NCBI GenBank assembly: GCA_963675755.2
Contig: CAXXMD010000002.1
Coordinates: forward strand, 352,001 to 416,000
Length of the DNA: 64,000 nt
Source of the DNA: a bacterium
GTDB lineage: Bacteria > Zhuqueibacterota > Zhuqueibacteria > Residuimicrobiales > Krinioviventaceae
Direction: 5' to 3'
Positions 33,960-43,342 of the stretch are shown here, in pieces. Both the position numbers and the translations under genes were made by a program. How positions within the stretch are numbered: position 1 is the stretch's first letter; every line of letters starts with the position of its first letter. The notes under the pieces were generated by a model. It was not told where the DNA came from, did not search any database, and saw only the letters and a program-made list of their open reading frames with translations.

Positions 33960-34038
33960 AATTTTAATATGGTAATTAATAGGTTTAAATAATAATATAT
34001 AATCAAATGAGATGTATTTCTTGCTCTTGGAGAAAATT

Positions 34039-36969
34039 ATGACAAAAATTCCTAAAAATTGGTTGTATTTATTCATCATCTTGGTTTTGCTGGTAACGCA
34101 AAGCGGTTTTACTGCTGTTACTGGTAAAATTAGCGGAAAGGTAGTTGACGGTGAATCAGGTGACCCGTTACCTGGCGCAAATGTGCTGATAGACGGCACT
34201 ACACGTGGTGCCGCTACTGATGTTGAAGGTAACTTTTTAATAATTAATCTTGCCCCTGGTACTTATACTCTTAGGGTAAATATGATTGGTTATAATACGG
34301 TACAGATTCAAGATGTTCGTGTTTACACTGACCGTATAACCAAACAAAATTGTGAATTGACCATGGGTGTTCTTGAAGGGCAGGAAGTTGTTATTGTTGC
34401 CGGTAGAGAGCCCATCGAATTTGATAGAACAAATACCGCAGCTTATGTGAACCAGGAGGAGATTGAAGCTTTGCCGGTAACAACTTTTAGCGAAGTTATT
34501 GCTTTGCAATCTGGTGTTGTTGCTGATGCTGGCGGCAGTCTTCACTTTCGTGGTGGTCGTTCCCGCGAAGTTGCATATATGATTGATGGTATTCCAGTTA
34601 CTAATAACTTTAGTCAGGGTGGTGGTTCAAACGTTGCTATAGAAAATAACTTTATTAAAGAGCTTCAGGTTATTACCGGAACCTTTAATGCAGAATATGG
34701 TTCTGCCCAATCTGGTATCATTAATGTTGTGACCAAAGTTCCTGAAGACAAGTTTGATTTTAGTTTAGATGCCATGACTGGTGGATATTATTCTCCTAAT
34801 AAACCTCAATATATTGGCCTTGATTCATATGACCTGTTAAATACACAGGAATACAAATTTTCGGTTTCCGGACCGCTACCTTTTCCTAAAAAACTGGGTA
34901 AGCTTGGCTTTTTTGTAAATGGTCGTATTGTTAATGATGATGGCTATTTAAATGGTGAAAGACGTTATTCACCTGAAGATGGTTGGGAAATTGAAGTTTT
35001 TCGTGAATGGTACAATGCAACTTATGATCCCAAGGATCCACTTTTGATTCCAATTCCAGATTCATTGCATACCGGTGACGGATCAATTGTTTCTATTGAT
35101 TGGGAAAAGAAATATAGCATTAATACCAAGCTTGTTTATCAACCATTGCCATCTATGACTTTGTCATATAATTTGTTTACAAGTGATGGTGAAGGTAAAT
35201 CTTATTCTCATTCCTGGCGTTATACCCCAGATGCATTACCGTTCTGGTATGATGATAAAGTAACCCATATGTTGGTTTTTACTCATTCACCATTTGAAAA
35301 TCTTTACTATAATTTGCGTTATTCAATGCAAAAAAGTGAAACAAAAGCTTATACATATGAAGATCCTAATGATCCCAGATACCAATTGACCTCAATCAAT
35401 GCCTGGGATCCGGGTTCCATCACTGGTTATGACTTTGGTGGTATCTATAGCTGGGATCGTAATTTCCAGGAACGTACTATGAATTTGATTAATGGTGATG
35501 TTACCTGGCAGCTTAATAAAGTAATGGAAATTAAAACAGGTTTTGAATATAAAGACCATGATCTTCATTATCGCAATGCTCCAATGAAAGCTAAATTTGG
35601 TTATGAAACACAACAGTTCCCCTTTACCAGAAGTGAGATCGCAGGTCTTGAATTGCCATATGAATTCTTTCGCGATTCTACCAGAGCCTACGATTACGGA
35701 ACTATAAAACTCCGTCAGGCAAGTCCTGATAGCTCATTGGATGATCTTTACTATGTTGATTATAACCGGTATCCTATTGAAGCAGCAACTTTTGCCCAGA
35801 CCACTCTTCACATGGGTGAAATTATTTTAAATGCCGGTTTAAGATATGATTATTTTGCACCTGAAGATCGTTGGGCACCCAATTATTCAATTATTTACCC
35901 CGAGCTTGTTGGTAAAGATTATATTGAAACTGAAGATGGTGAAAGAATACAATACTATGAGCAAGCCGAAGCCAAGTGGCAATTGAGTCCACGTTTTGGT
36001 TTGTCGTTCCCCATTTCAGAAAAAGGTGCTATGCGTCTTTCTTATGGACATTTTTTCCAGACACCTAGTTTTGAAAAAATGTACCAAAATCCAGTTTTGC
36101 CGGATTACAATGAATTTAGTATTATGGGAACCAGTATTGGTAACCCAAATCTTAAACCAGAAAAAACTATCCAATATGAATTGGGTTTACAACAAGAGTT
36201 AACACCTGGATTGTCAATGGAATTGACAGTTTTCTATAAAGATTTCCGTGATCTTTTGGGTATTGAGATTTTGACTCTGAGTAATGCAACAACATTCTAT
36301 CGCTATATTAATAAAGAATATGGTGATTCAAAAGGTGTGTCATTTGCATTGAATTATAGCTCTATGGATAACAAGGTTGTTGCCGGTGTTGACTATTCAT
36401 ATATGACAGCAAAAGGTACTTCTTCAAGTCCTGAAGCTGCCCGTGATGTCGCGATTTTATCCGGTTCTTCCAAAGGCGCATATTCTCTTGCATCACGTAG
36501 AATCGATTACCTGAACTGGGACCAAACTCACAGTTTGAATGCAACAATTAGTGTTCAACCTGTTAAAAAACTTTACCTCAGCGTAGTTGGCCAATTGGGT
36601 TCTGGTTTACCATATTCACCTTCTACACTTGATCCTAACATTGAGATCCCCAGTGGTTGGTGGGACAATGCTGACCGCAAACCTGTAAGATGGGCTGTTG
36701 ATTTCAAGATCAACAAGACTGTTACTTTGATGAATTATAATTTCTCAGTTTACATGAATGTTTATAATATCTTTAATCACTTGAATGAAAACTCTGTCAA
36801 TAGCATAACCGGTCGTGCGGGCCCAGATGCATACCTGCCAGAAATCGCTCGTAAACGTTATTACAGACTTGAACAATTGGGTGAATTCACTCAGGAGGAA
36901 GCAGACTATAATCCTACTGAATATTCACGTCCACGCTTAATTCAATTTGGACTTTCATTTGCATTATAG
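34039..36969 (+). CDS. TonB-dependent receptor with N-terminal carboxypeptidase-regulatory-like domain (module 2)
   Basis: SD GGAG before MTKIPK. Motifs TGKISGKVVD...LPGANV, HFRGGRSREVAYMIDG, GTFNAEYGSAQSGIINVVTK, GLRYDYF, SPRFGLSFP, SYGHFFQ and GNPNLKPEKTIQYELG. Confidence 0.92.
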   Translation: MTKIPKNWLYLFIILVLLVTQSGFTAVTGKISGKVVDGESGDPLPGANVLIDGTTRGAATDVEGNFLIINLAPGTYTLRVNMIGYNTVQIQDVRVYTDRITKQNCELTMGVLEGQEVVIVAGREPIEFDRTNTAAYVNQEEIEALPVTTFSEVIALQSGVVADAGGSLHFRGGRSREVAYMIDGIPVTNNFSQGGGSNVAIENNFIKELQVITGTFNAEYGSAQSGIINVVTKVPEDKFDFSLDAMTGGYYSPNKPQYIGLDSYDLLNTQEYKFSVSGPLPFPKKLGKLGFFVNGRIVNDDGYLNGERRYSPEDGWEIEVFREWYNATYDPKDPLLIPIPDSLHTGDGSIVSIDWEKKYSINTKLVYQPLPSMTLSYNLFTSDGEGKSYSHSWRYTPDALPFWYDDKVTHMLVFTHSPFENLYYNLRYSMQKSETKAYTYEDPNDPRYQLTSINAWDPGSITGYDFGGIYSWDRNFQERTMNLINGDVTWQLNKVMEIKTGFEYKDHDLHYRNAPMKAKFGYETQQFPFTRSEIAGLELPYEFFRDSTRAYDYGTIKLRQASPDSSLDDLYYVDYNRYPIEAATFAQTTLHMGEIILNAGLRYDYFAPEDRWAPNYSIIYPELVGKDYIETEDGERIQYYEQAEAKWQLSPRFGLSFPISEKGAMRLSYGHFFQTPSFEKMYQNPVLPDYNEFSIMGTSIGNPNLKPEKTIQYELGLQQELTPGLSMELTVFYKDFRDLLGIEILTLSNATTFYRYINKEYGDSKGVSFALNYSSMDNKVVAGVDYSYMTAKGTSSSPEAARDVAILSGSSKGAYSLASRRIDYLNWDQTHSLNATISVQPVKKLYLSVVGQLGSGLPYSPSTLDPNIEIPSGWWDNADRKPVRWAVDFKINKTVTLMNYNFSVYMNVYNIFNHLNENSVNSITGRAGPDAYLPEIARKRYYRLEQLGEFTQEEADYNPTEYSRPRLIQFGLSFAL

Positions 36970-36989
36970 AAAAATGGGTATATAAGATT

Positions 36990-38057
36990 ATGAAAAAAAT
37001 ACATTTATTATTCAGCTTTATTGTAATCTTTTACTGTAGCCAGTCTGTATTTTCTCAAATTGATTTGAGTGATGCCCAATACAGTTCTGATATAAGTAGA
37101 AGTGGAACATCTGCAGGTGCAATGCTTGAAATTGGTATTGGCGCCCGTGCAGAAGCTATGGGAGGAGCATTCGTTGGTGTTGCTGATGATCCTTCTGCTC
37201 TTTACTGGAACCCTGCAGGAATTATTAAAGTAAATACAATTTCTGTTCAGGCGACAAAAACCGAATGGTTTGTAGGTACAACTTTTAATTCACTTGATTT
37301 GGTCGTACCCGTTAAAATGGTCAACTCTGCACTTGGCGTTCATATTGCCATGTTAGATTATGGCTCTAATCCGGTGCGTACAATTTTCCGTCCGGAAGGA
37401 AATGGAGAAACATATTCGGCTTCCGATCTTGTTGCTGGACTCTATTGGGCTTTGGGCATTACAGACCGTGTAAACGTTGGCTTGGGTTTGAAATATTTTC
37501 AACAGAATATCTGGCATGTTACCGGTACCAACGTTGCTGTTGATTTGTCAATTTTGTTCGATACACCAGTAAAAGGTTTGACACTTGGTGGTGCATTGAG
37601 CAATCTTGGACCAGAGTTCTCACTTGATGGTCGAGATCTGACAAGAGTTTATGATATTGATGGCCGTAAAGATACATATTACAATAATGATAATGTCGCA
37701 ATCCAGCTTGCCACTGAAGCTTATCCTTTACCACTTTTATTTAGATTTGGTATGGCTTACACATGGCAACTTACTGCAAGAAATTCTTTGCTAATTGCGT
37801 CAAACGTCAACCATCCTAGCAATAATGTTGAAACTGTGGATGTAGGCGCAGAATTGAATTTGCTTGATCTTGGTTTTTTGAGAGCTGGATATCAATCTTT
37901 GTTTGATGATAAATCTGTTTCTGGGCTTTCTCTGGGAGCAGGTTTGAAATACAGAGTACTTGGTTCAGCTACTTTGACTTTTGATTATGCATGGACAGAC
38001 TGGACTGTTCTTGCGTCAACCAACAGATTTACTGTTGGTATCAGTACAGCTTATTAA
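36990..38057 (+). CDS. PorV/PorQ-family outer-membrane barrel (module 2)
   Basis: LEIGIGARAEAMGGAFVGVADDPSALYWNPAG, SNLGP, YPLPLLFRFG, LRAGY and FDYAW motifs. Confidence 0.9.
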   Translation: MKKIHLLFSFIVIFYCSQSVFSQIDLSDAQYSSDISRSGTSAGAMLEIGIGARAEAMGGAFVGVADDPSALYWNPAGIIKVNTISVQATKTEWFVGTTFNSLDLVVPVKMVNSALGVHIAMLDYGSNPVRTIFRPEGNGETYSASDLVAGLYWALGITDRVNVGLGLKYFQQNIWHVTGTNVAVDLSILFDTPVKGLTLGGALSNLGPEFSLDGRDLTRVYDIDGRKDTYYNNDNVAIQLATEAYPLPLLFRFGMAYTWQLTARNSLLIASNVNHPSNNVETVDVGAELNLLDLGFLRAGYQSLFDDKSVSGLSLGAGLKYRVLGSATLTFDYAWTDWTVLASTNRFTVGISTAY

Positions 38058-38096
38058 TTAAGGTTTTGTTTCTAAAATTTAGTTAAAGGATGATTT

Positions 38097-41000
38097 ATGA
38101 AAAAGCTTGTTAATATATGTGCATTGATCATTTTATCAGCAAGTTCGCTTTTTGCGCAGGCTGCAGGATCACAATTTGATCTGCATCCTATGCACTGGGC
38201 CCGTTTTTGGGCAAGGGGACTTTTTGATCGTAACTTGATTTATTGCCCTGTTTGGAATATTGGTAATGTTACAGATTCTGGCGTTGACCCGGGTGATGAT
38301 ATGCAATGGCCCGGTAGTGAAGGTCTGGCATTTGTTGATGCTGCTGTTTTTTATATTGGTGCATTGGTTTATGACATGTCTGCTTATGAAGGAAAACAAG
38401 TTCCTGAAACCTGGGATGGTAGTGATATTTATATTGTAAGTGATGCTTATAATACTCATGTTTCTCAAGCAGTACCATGGGCCCAGTTATCTAAAGATAA
38501 AACTCACCAGCAGAAATGGGCACCAATTCCTGGATTTTTTAATGATGGTGCTTATGGCTATATTTATGGAATAAATGAAGATACTAATGGTGATGGTGAA
38601 TTAGCACCTGCTGAAGATGTTAATTTGAATGGTATTTTAGATTATAATCTTGAACCCCCGGAAAGTATTTTGAAAAGTATGGCTATCAGTACTGATAAAC
38701 GTACCTGGCCTGAATACTGGCCCGGTGGTACTTATGTTGGTGATGATCGTGAATTTTTTGGAAGACCGCCAAGAACTATTGAACCTGGTGAACGACAAGG
38801 TTTGTGGAATGGTGAATTTAAAGCGGGTACCATTTCTGATCAGGAAACATTGTATTGGATGGATGATCATGAAAATGACCATTGGAATGATTATAAAGTA
38901 GGTCGTTACTGGCCAATGAAAAATTCTGATGGTACTCCGGATACAACACCCTGGGCAGATGGTGGTATTGCCGGTGCTGGTGTTGAAGTTGAAGCCAGAA
39001 CTTATGCATGGTTTCACCCATTAGCTGAAGATTTGCTGGTTTCTGTTTATCGTGTGCGTAACTATAGTGATTATACTCTGAACCGAGTTGTTACGGGTAT
39101 GTGGGCAAATGCCAATATCGCTGGAAAAGGTGATTATAACCTTGCCAGTTATATTATTGCAGATTTTGATTATGAAGGCTCTGGTGGTCGTCTTGATTTC
39201 GATATTTTGTATCAATGGCACCAATTCCCGGATCAGCTTTCTACATATAAAAAAGTTGGTACCTTTGGATTTGCATTTCTTGAAAGTCCTGGTATCCCTT
39301 ATAACGGTTTAGATGATGATGCTGATGGTCTTGTAGATGAAGCCATGGATGATGGTATTGATAATGATGGTGACTGGTTACCTTATGCTGATATAGGTAT
39401 CGATAAAAAAGGACCTGGTGATGAAGGTTATGTGGGTCCCGATGGTGATGGAACTGAAAATAATGGAAGATGGGATACTGAAGATTCAAACTTGAATGGA
39501 GCTTTGGATCCCGGTGAAGATACTAATAAAAATGATAAACTTGATTTTGAACCTATTCGTAACGACCGTGGAACTGATGGTATTGGTCCTGATGAAAATG
39601 GCTGGCCAGGTCCTGATCCTGATGGTACTGAAGCCAATGGCGCTATGGATATTGGCGAACCGAATTTTGACAAAACTGATATCGATGAAGCTGACCAAGC
39701 TGGTTTGAAACATGTTTATGTTTATGAAAACAATAAAGATCTTAAAGATGATAAAGCCTTTTGGGAAAAATATCTTGCCAAAGATGATGTAGATATTGAA
39801 GAAACTGATGAAGATATCGTTTTTACTTTTGGCGCTCGTAATGTAAAATTAGATATTGATGTTTGGAGACGCTTTACAATTGCAATGATTATGGGTGAAG
39901 ATGAAGCTGATGCAATTCGTAACAAAGCAACCATGCAGAATATCTATGATGAGAATTATCAGTTCCTGACTCCTCCATTACAACCTACTTTGGTATCCAA
40001 TACTACAGATAGAAAAGTTCAATTGTATTGGGATACAGATGCTGAAACTTCTAAAGATCCATTCTTTGGTGAAGATTTTAATGGTTATCGCCTTTACAAG
40101 AGTACCGATCCTAAATTTCTGGATGTTAAAACCATTACTGATGCTTTTGGTAACATACTCTTATTTGAACCTTTGGAAATTTGGGATAGGGATGACGGTT
40201 TGATGGGTGTTCACCCAATTCCATTCCCCAACTTGGGTGTACATTATGATATGGGTAATGATAGTGGTTTGAAACATGCTTATGTTGATACGGTTGTTGA
40301 GAATGGTAGAACTTATTATTATGCGTTAACTGCGATTGATGCAGGTAATGATGATGACTTTTATGAAAGAAAACTCGTTACTGAAGATTATCCAATGCAG
40401 GCTATGCCTAGTGAATCACCGTTTAATATTACAGTAAACAAACTGGGTGAAGTTGTGTATAGAGACAGGAACACAGCAGTTGTAATTCCTACTGAACCTG
40501 CTGCCGGTTTTACAGAGCCACATATCGACTCAACTCTGATTAAACACAATTCAGGTTGGGCTCGTGGTGGAAAAATGAATATTGAAGTTTTCAATAAAAA
40601 TCATGCAAATCTGGGTAATGTTTATGAACTCCAGTTTGAAGATGATCACTGGCTTGACAGCCTCACGAACAAGTTTGAGTGGGGTGGAACAACAGGTATA
40701 CGTTGTTTGAACATTACAACCGGTGATACCATGTTTGATTTTCAATATGATACACCATATTATTTCAAAGAAGAAGCTTATAAGGAAATTGAGCAAGGCT
40801 TTTTTGAAGGTGTTCACTATGATCTGAGTTTTCCGATTGATACGGATGTAAGATATCATGGTATTGATATTGTTAAAACAAATGAAGATGGTCGCAAAAC
40901 CAATGAATGGAAACGTTGGGCAACTGATACAGAATCTAATCTTCGTGTTGAAGAAATTGATCTTGATAATTCAGATGCTACCATTGCATTACCTTTTGAT

Positions 41001-41735
41001 TTTGAAATTAGAGTAGAAGAGGAAATGGGTGCTGATACTTCAATTGCTATTCCACCATTGATTAAAGCATATCCTCTTAATTTTACAACTTGGAATGTTA
41101 CAGATCCAAATAATCCTATCCAGATGGACGTTGTTGTTCGTTACGATAAGGACTCTCGACTGGAATTACCCGATGAAATGTTTGGTCAACTTTGGGACAG
41201 CACACGTGTAATTTTAAAGCTTCCTAATAAAAAAGAAACGGGATGGTTGTCTTCTTGGACAGTTGAATTTTATAAAAACCGTTTTGATTCTTTAAAACCT
41301 GTTATTGCTCCTGCTCCTGGTGACATTTATAGGTTTAAAACGACCCGTAATCCATCTCGTCATGACCGTTTTCAATTTACAATTGATGGTGGTACATGGG
41401 ATGAAGATAAAGCAAAAATTGAAATGCGTGATATCTATGTAGTACCTGATCCTTATGTAGTATCAAGTAGTTACGAATCTATATATGAACTTGCAGGATA
41501 CTCGCAAAGACGTGTTGATTTTGTAAATTTACCGCCACAATGTACTATTAAAATATTTACAGCCAGTGGTAAACTTGTAAGAACTCTGGATCACAATGAG
41601 GCAAATGACTTTGGACGCCATTCCTGGGATCTAACTACTGAAGATGGACCCGAAGTTGCCTTTGGAATGTACTTTTTTGTAGTTGAATCAAAAGCACTTG
41701 GAACAACACGTGGTAAATTTGCGATTATCAAGTAA
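38097..41735 (+). CDS. Large secreted receptor-partner protein with Asp/Gly Ca-binding repeats, FN3-like domain and variant T9SS-like C-terminal domain (module 2)
   Basis: Sec signal. DxN/DxDG repeats. FN3-like PLQPTL...VQLYWD...DFNGYRLYKS...ENGRTYYYALTAID. Tail IYVVPDPY...FVNLPPQCTIKIFTASGKLVRTL...GMYFFVVE...GKFAIIK. Confidence 0.78.
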   Translation: MKKLVNICALIILSASSLFAQAAGSQFDLHPMHWARFWARGLFDRNLIYCPVWNIGNVTDSGVDPGDDMQWPGSEGLAFVDAAVFYIGALVYDMSAYEGKQVPETWDGSDIYIVSDAYNTHVSQAVPWAQLSKDKTHQQKWAPIPGFFNDGAYGYIYGINEDTNGDGELAPAEDVNLNGILDYNLEPPESILKSMAISTDKRTWPEYWPGGTYVGDDREFFGRPPRTIEPGERQGLWNGEFKAGTISDQETLYWMDDHENDHWNDYKVGRYWPMKNSDGTPDTTPWADGGIAGAGVEVEARTYAWFHPLAEDLLVSVYRVRNYSDYTLNRVVTGMWANANIAGKGDYNLASYIIADFDYEGSGGRLDFDILYQWHQFPDQLSTYKKVGTFGFAFLESPGIPYNGLDDDADGLVDEAMDDGIDNDGDWLPYADIGIDKKGPGDEGYVGPDGDGTENNGRWDTEDSNLNGALDPGEDTNKNDKLDFEPIRNDRGTDGIGPDENGWPGPDPDGTEANGAMDIGEPNFDKTDIDEADQAGLKHVYVYENNKDLKDDKAFWEKYLAKDDVDIEETDEDIVFTFGARNVKLDIDVWRRFTIAMIMGEDEADAIRNKATMQNIYDENYQFLTPPLQPTLVSNTTDRKVQLYWDTDAETSKDPFFGEDFNGYRLYKSTDPKFLDVKTITDAFGNILLFEPLEIWDRDDGLMGVHPIPFPNLGVHYDMGNDSGLKHAYVDTVVENGRTYYYALTAIDAGNDDDFYERKLVTEDYPMQAMPSESPFNITVNKLGEVVYRDRNTAVVIPTEPAAGFTEPHIDSTLIKHNSGWARGGKMNIEVFNKNHANLGNVYELQFEDDHWLDSLTNKFEWGGTTGIRCLNITTGDTMFDFQYDTPYYFKEEAYKEIEQGFFEGVHYDLSFPIDTDVRYHGIDIVKTNEDGRKTNEWKRWATDTESNLRVEEIDLDNSDATIALPFDFEIRVEEEMGADTSIAIPPLIKAYPLNFTTWNVTDPNNPIQMDVVVRYDKDSRLELPDEMFGQLWDSTRVILKLPNKKETGWLSSWTVEFYKNRFDSLKPVIAPAPGDIYRFKTTRNPSRHDRFQFTIDGGTWDEDKAKIEMRDIYVVPDPYVVSSSYESIYELAGYSQRRVDFVNLPPQCTIKIFTASGKLVRTLDHNEANDFGRHSWDLTTEDGPEVAFGMYFFVVESKALGTTRGKFAIIK

Positions 41736-43290
41736 TACATTTTTTGTTCTGATTTTATTTGGGACATTGATCTTTTTAGCTTGTTCGAAACCTGAAATTG
41801 ACAATGTCCCAATGGATCAGATTGTAGCTCAAGTTGGAGATCAATACATAACTGTTGATCAGTTTCGAATCAGTTATGAACAAAGTTTTCCGATCATGCG
41901 GCAAGGTGAAAAAAAGCCCCGATATGTTTACCTGGACCACATGATCAATGAATTGTTACTGGCTTCAAATGGTTTTGATGAAGGTTATGATAAATCGTCA
42001 TATGTAACCAGTCGAATGAATAGAAGGCAATACCAAGATTTGTTAGAATCTTTTTATACTAAATATGTTTATAGTCGGGTTAAAATACCTGAAGATGAGT
42101 TGCAGGAAGCAACTCAAAAGGGAAGTGTTAAATTTAGGCTAATGTTTTGGCCTACTCCATCTTTGGATGAAGCTAAAAAAGCATATGAGCAAGCAGTAAA
42201 AAGTGATTTGGAAAATTTTATTGATAATGAACTTGCAAAACAGGAAACAAAACTTCAGTTTAAAGAATTTTTTCAAACCGATTGGATTGATTTTTTAGAA
42301 TTACCTCCTAGAATTTTTGATCAATTGGCAGATTTGGAAATTGGTGTTCCTTCTCAACCTATACCCCTTGGTAACGGCTATGCATTGTTTCAGGTTATGG
42401 ATGTTAACTATGAAGGATTGACAACTGAAGAAGTGAAACACGGTATTAAACGTAAAAGAATGGAAAAACGTTTAAAAAATATTGAAACAGATCGTATTGC
42501 ACATGCAGTTATGGATTCAGTGTTAACTCCAATGGACATTCGTGTTAGGGGCCCAGTAGTTAATCAAATTGCCCCATTACTATATCAATGGTTTCAAGAT
42601 GGTTTGCCCAAAAGTAAATCGTTGCTTGAGCATGTTACTACTCCTGACGATACAGCAAAACAATATATTTTTGATTTAAAAGAATTATTGGATGAAGCTT
42701 TGGTAACTACAAAATCTGGAATTAAAACTGTTTCTGATCTTTTGGATTATACAAATTATTACCGAAGTTCACTAAACCGTCCAATGGAATATGATTTATT
42801 CAGAGAGATGTTAATTACTCAAATTGGAACAATGGTAAAAAATGATGCATTTGTCAATATTGCAAAAAATGAAGGTTATCTTGATTCAATAAATGTTCAT
42901 CAGGATTTGAGAATTTGGCGTGACAAATGGACATTTGATATTTCACGTTATGAAATAATTAAAAATTATAATGTTACAGATGAAGAAATGAAAGAATATT
43001 TTAAAAACCGTTATACTGAATTGGGAATTGCAGATGTTGATACTACTCGGTTTTATAAATATGAAAATGAAATATATAATCGAATTTTGCATGAAAAGCA
43101 TTTAGCGGAAATAAATGACAAACTTGTAAAGTTTAAAAAACAATATCCTATAGTAATTCATTATAATGTTTTAGACACATTAAACCTGAATGAAGGGAAA
43201 AAAGAAAAATTTCCATTTTTCCTAAGAAATAATTTTTCAGGTGAAGCTGTTGCACCTACAGTTGATTTAAAATGGTTATACTATAATTAG
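41683..43290 (+). CDS. SurA/PrsA-like foldase lipoprotein with degenerate parvulin domain
   Basis: Lipobox FLAC. VAQVGDQYITVDQF...YLDHMINELLL chaperone domain and degenerate rotamase LEIGVPSQPI...GYALFQV. The start is uncertain (GTG/TTG near 41710-41719, overlapping the upstream stop). Confidence 0.65.
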   Translation: MNQKHLEQHVVNLRLSSNTFFVLILFGTLIFLACSKPEIDNVPMDQIVAQVGDQYITVDQFRISYEQSFPIMRQGEKKPRYVYLDHMINELLLASNGFDEGYDKSSYVTSRMNRRQYQDLLESFYTKYVYSRVKIPEDELQEATQKGSVKFRLMFWPTPSLDEAKKAYEQAVKSDLENFIDNELAKQETKLQFKEFFQTDWIDFLELPPRIFDQLADLEIGVPSQPIPLGNGYALFQVMDVNYEGLTTEEVKHGIKRKRMEKRLKNIETDRIAHAVMDSVLTPMDIRVRGPVVNQIAPLLYQWFQDGLPKSKSLLEHVTTPDDTAKQYIFDLKELLDEALVTTKSGIKTVSDLLDYTNYYRSSLNRPMEYDLFREMLITQIGTMVKNDAFVNIAKNEGYLDSINVHQDLRIWRDKWTFDISRYEIIKNYNVTDEEMKEYFKNRYTELGIADVDTTRFYKYENEIYNRILHEKHLAEINDKLVKFKKQYPIVIHYNVLDTLNLNEGKKEKFPFFLRNNFSGEAVAPTVDLKWLYYN

Positions 43291-43342
43291 AGTTACCACC
43301 TAATAAATAAACCAGTCACAATCACTTAATTAAGGAGGAACC

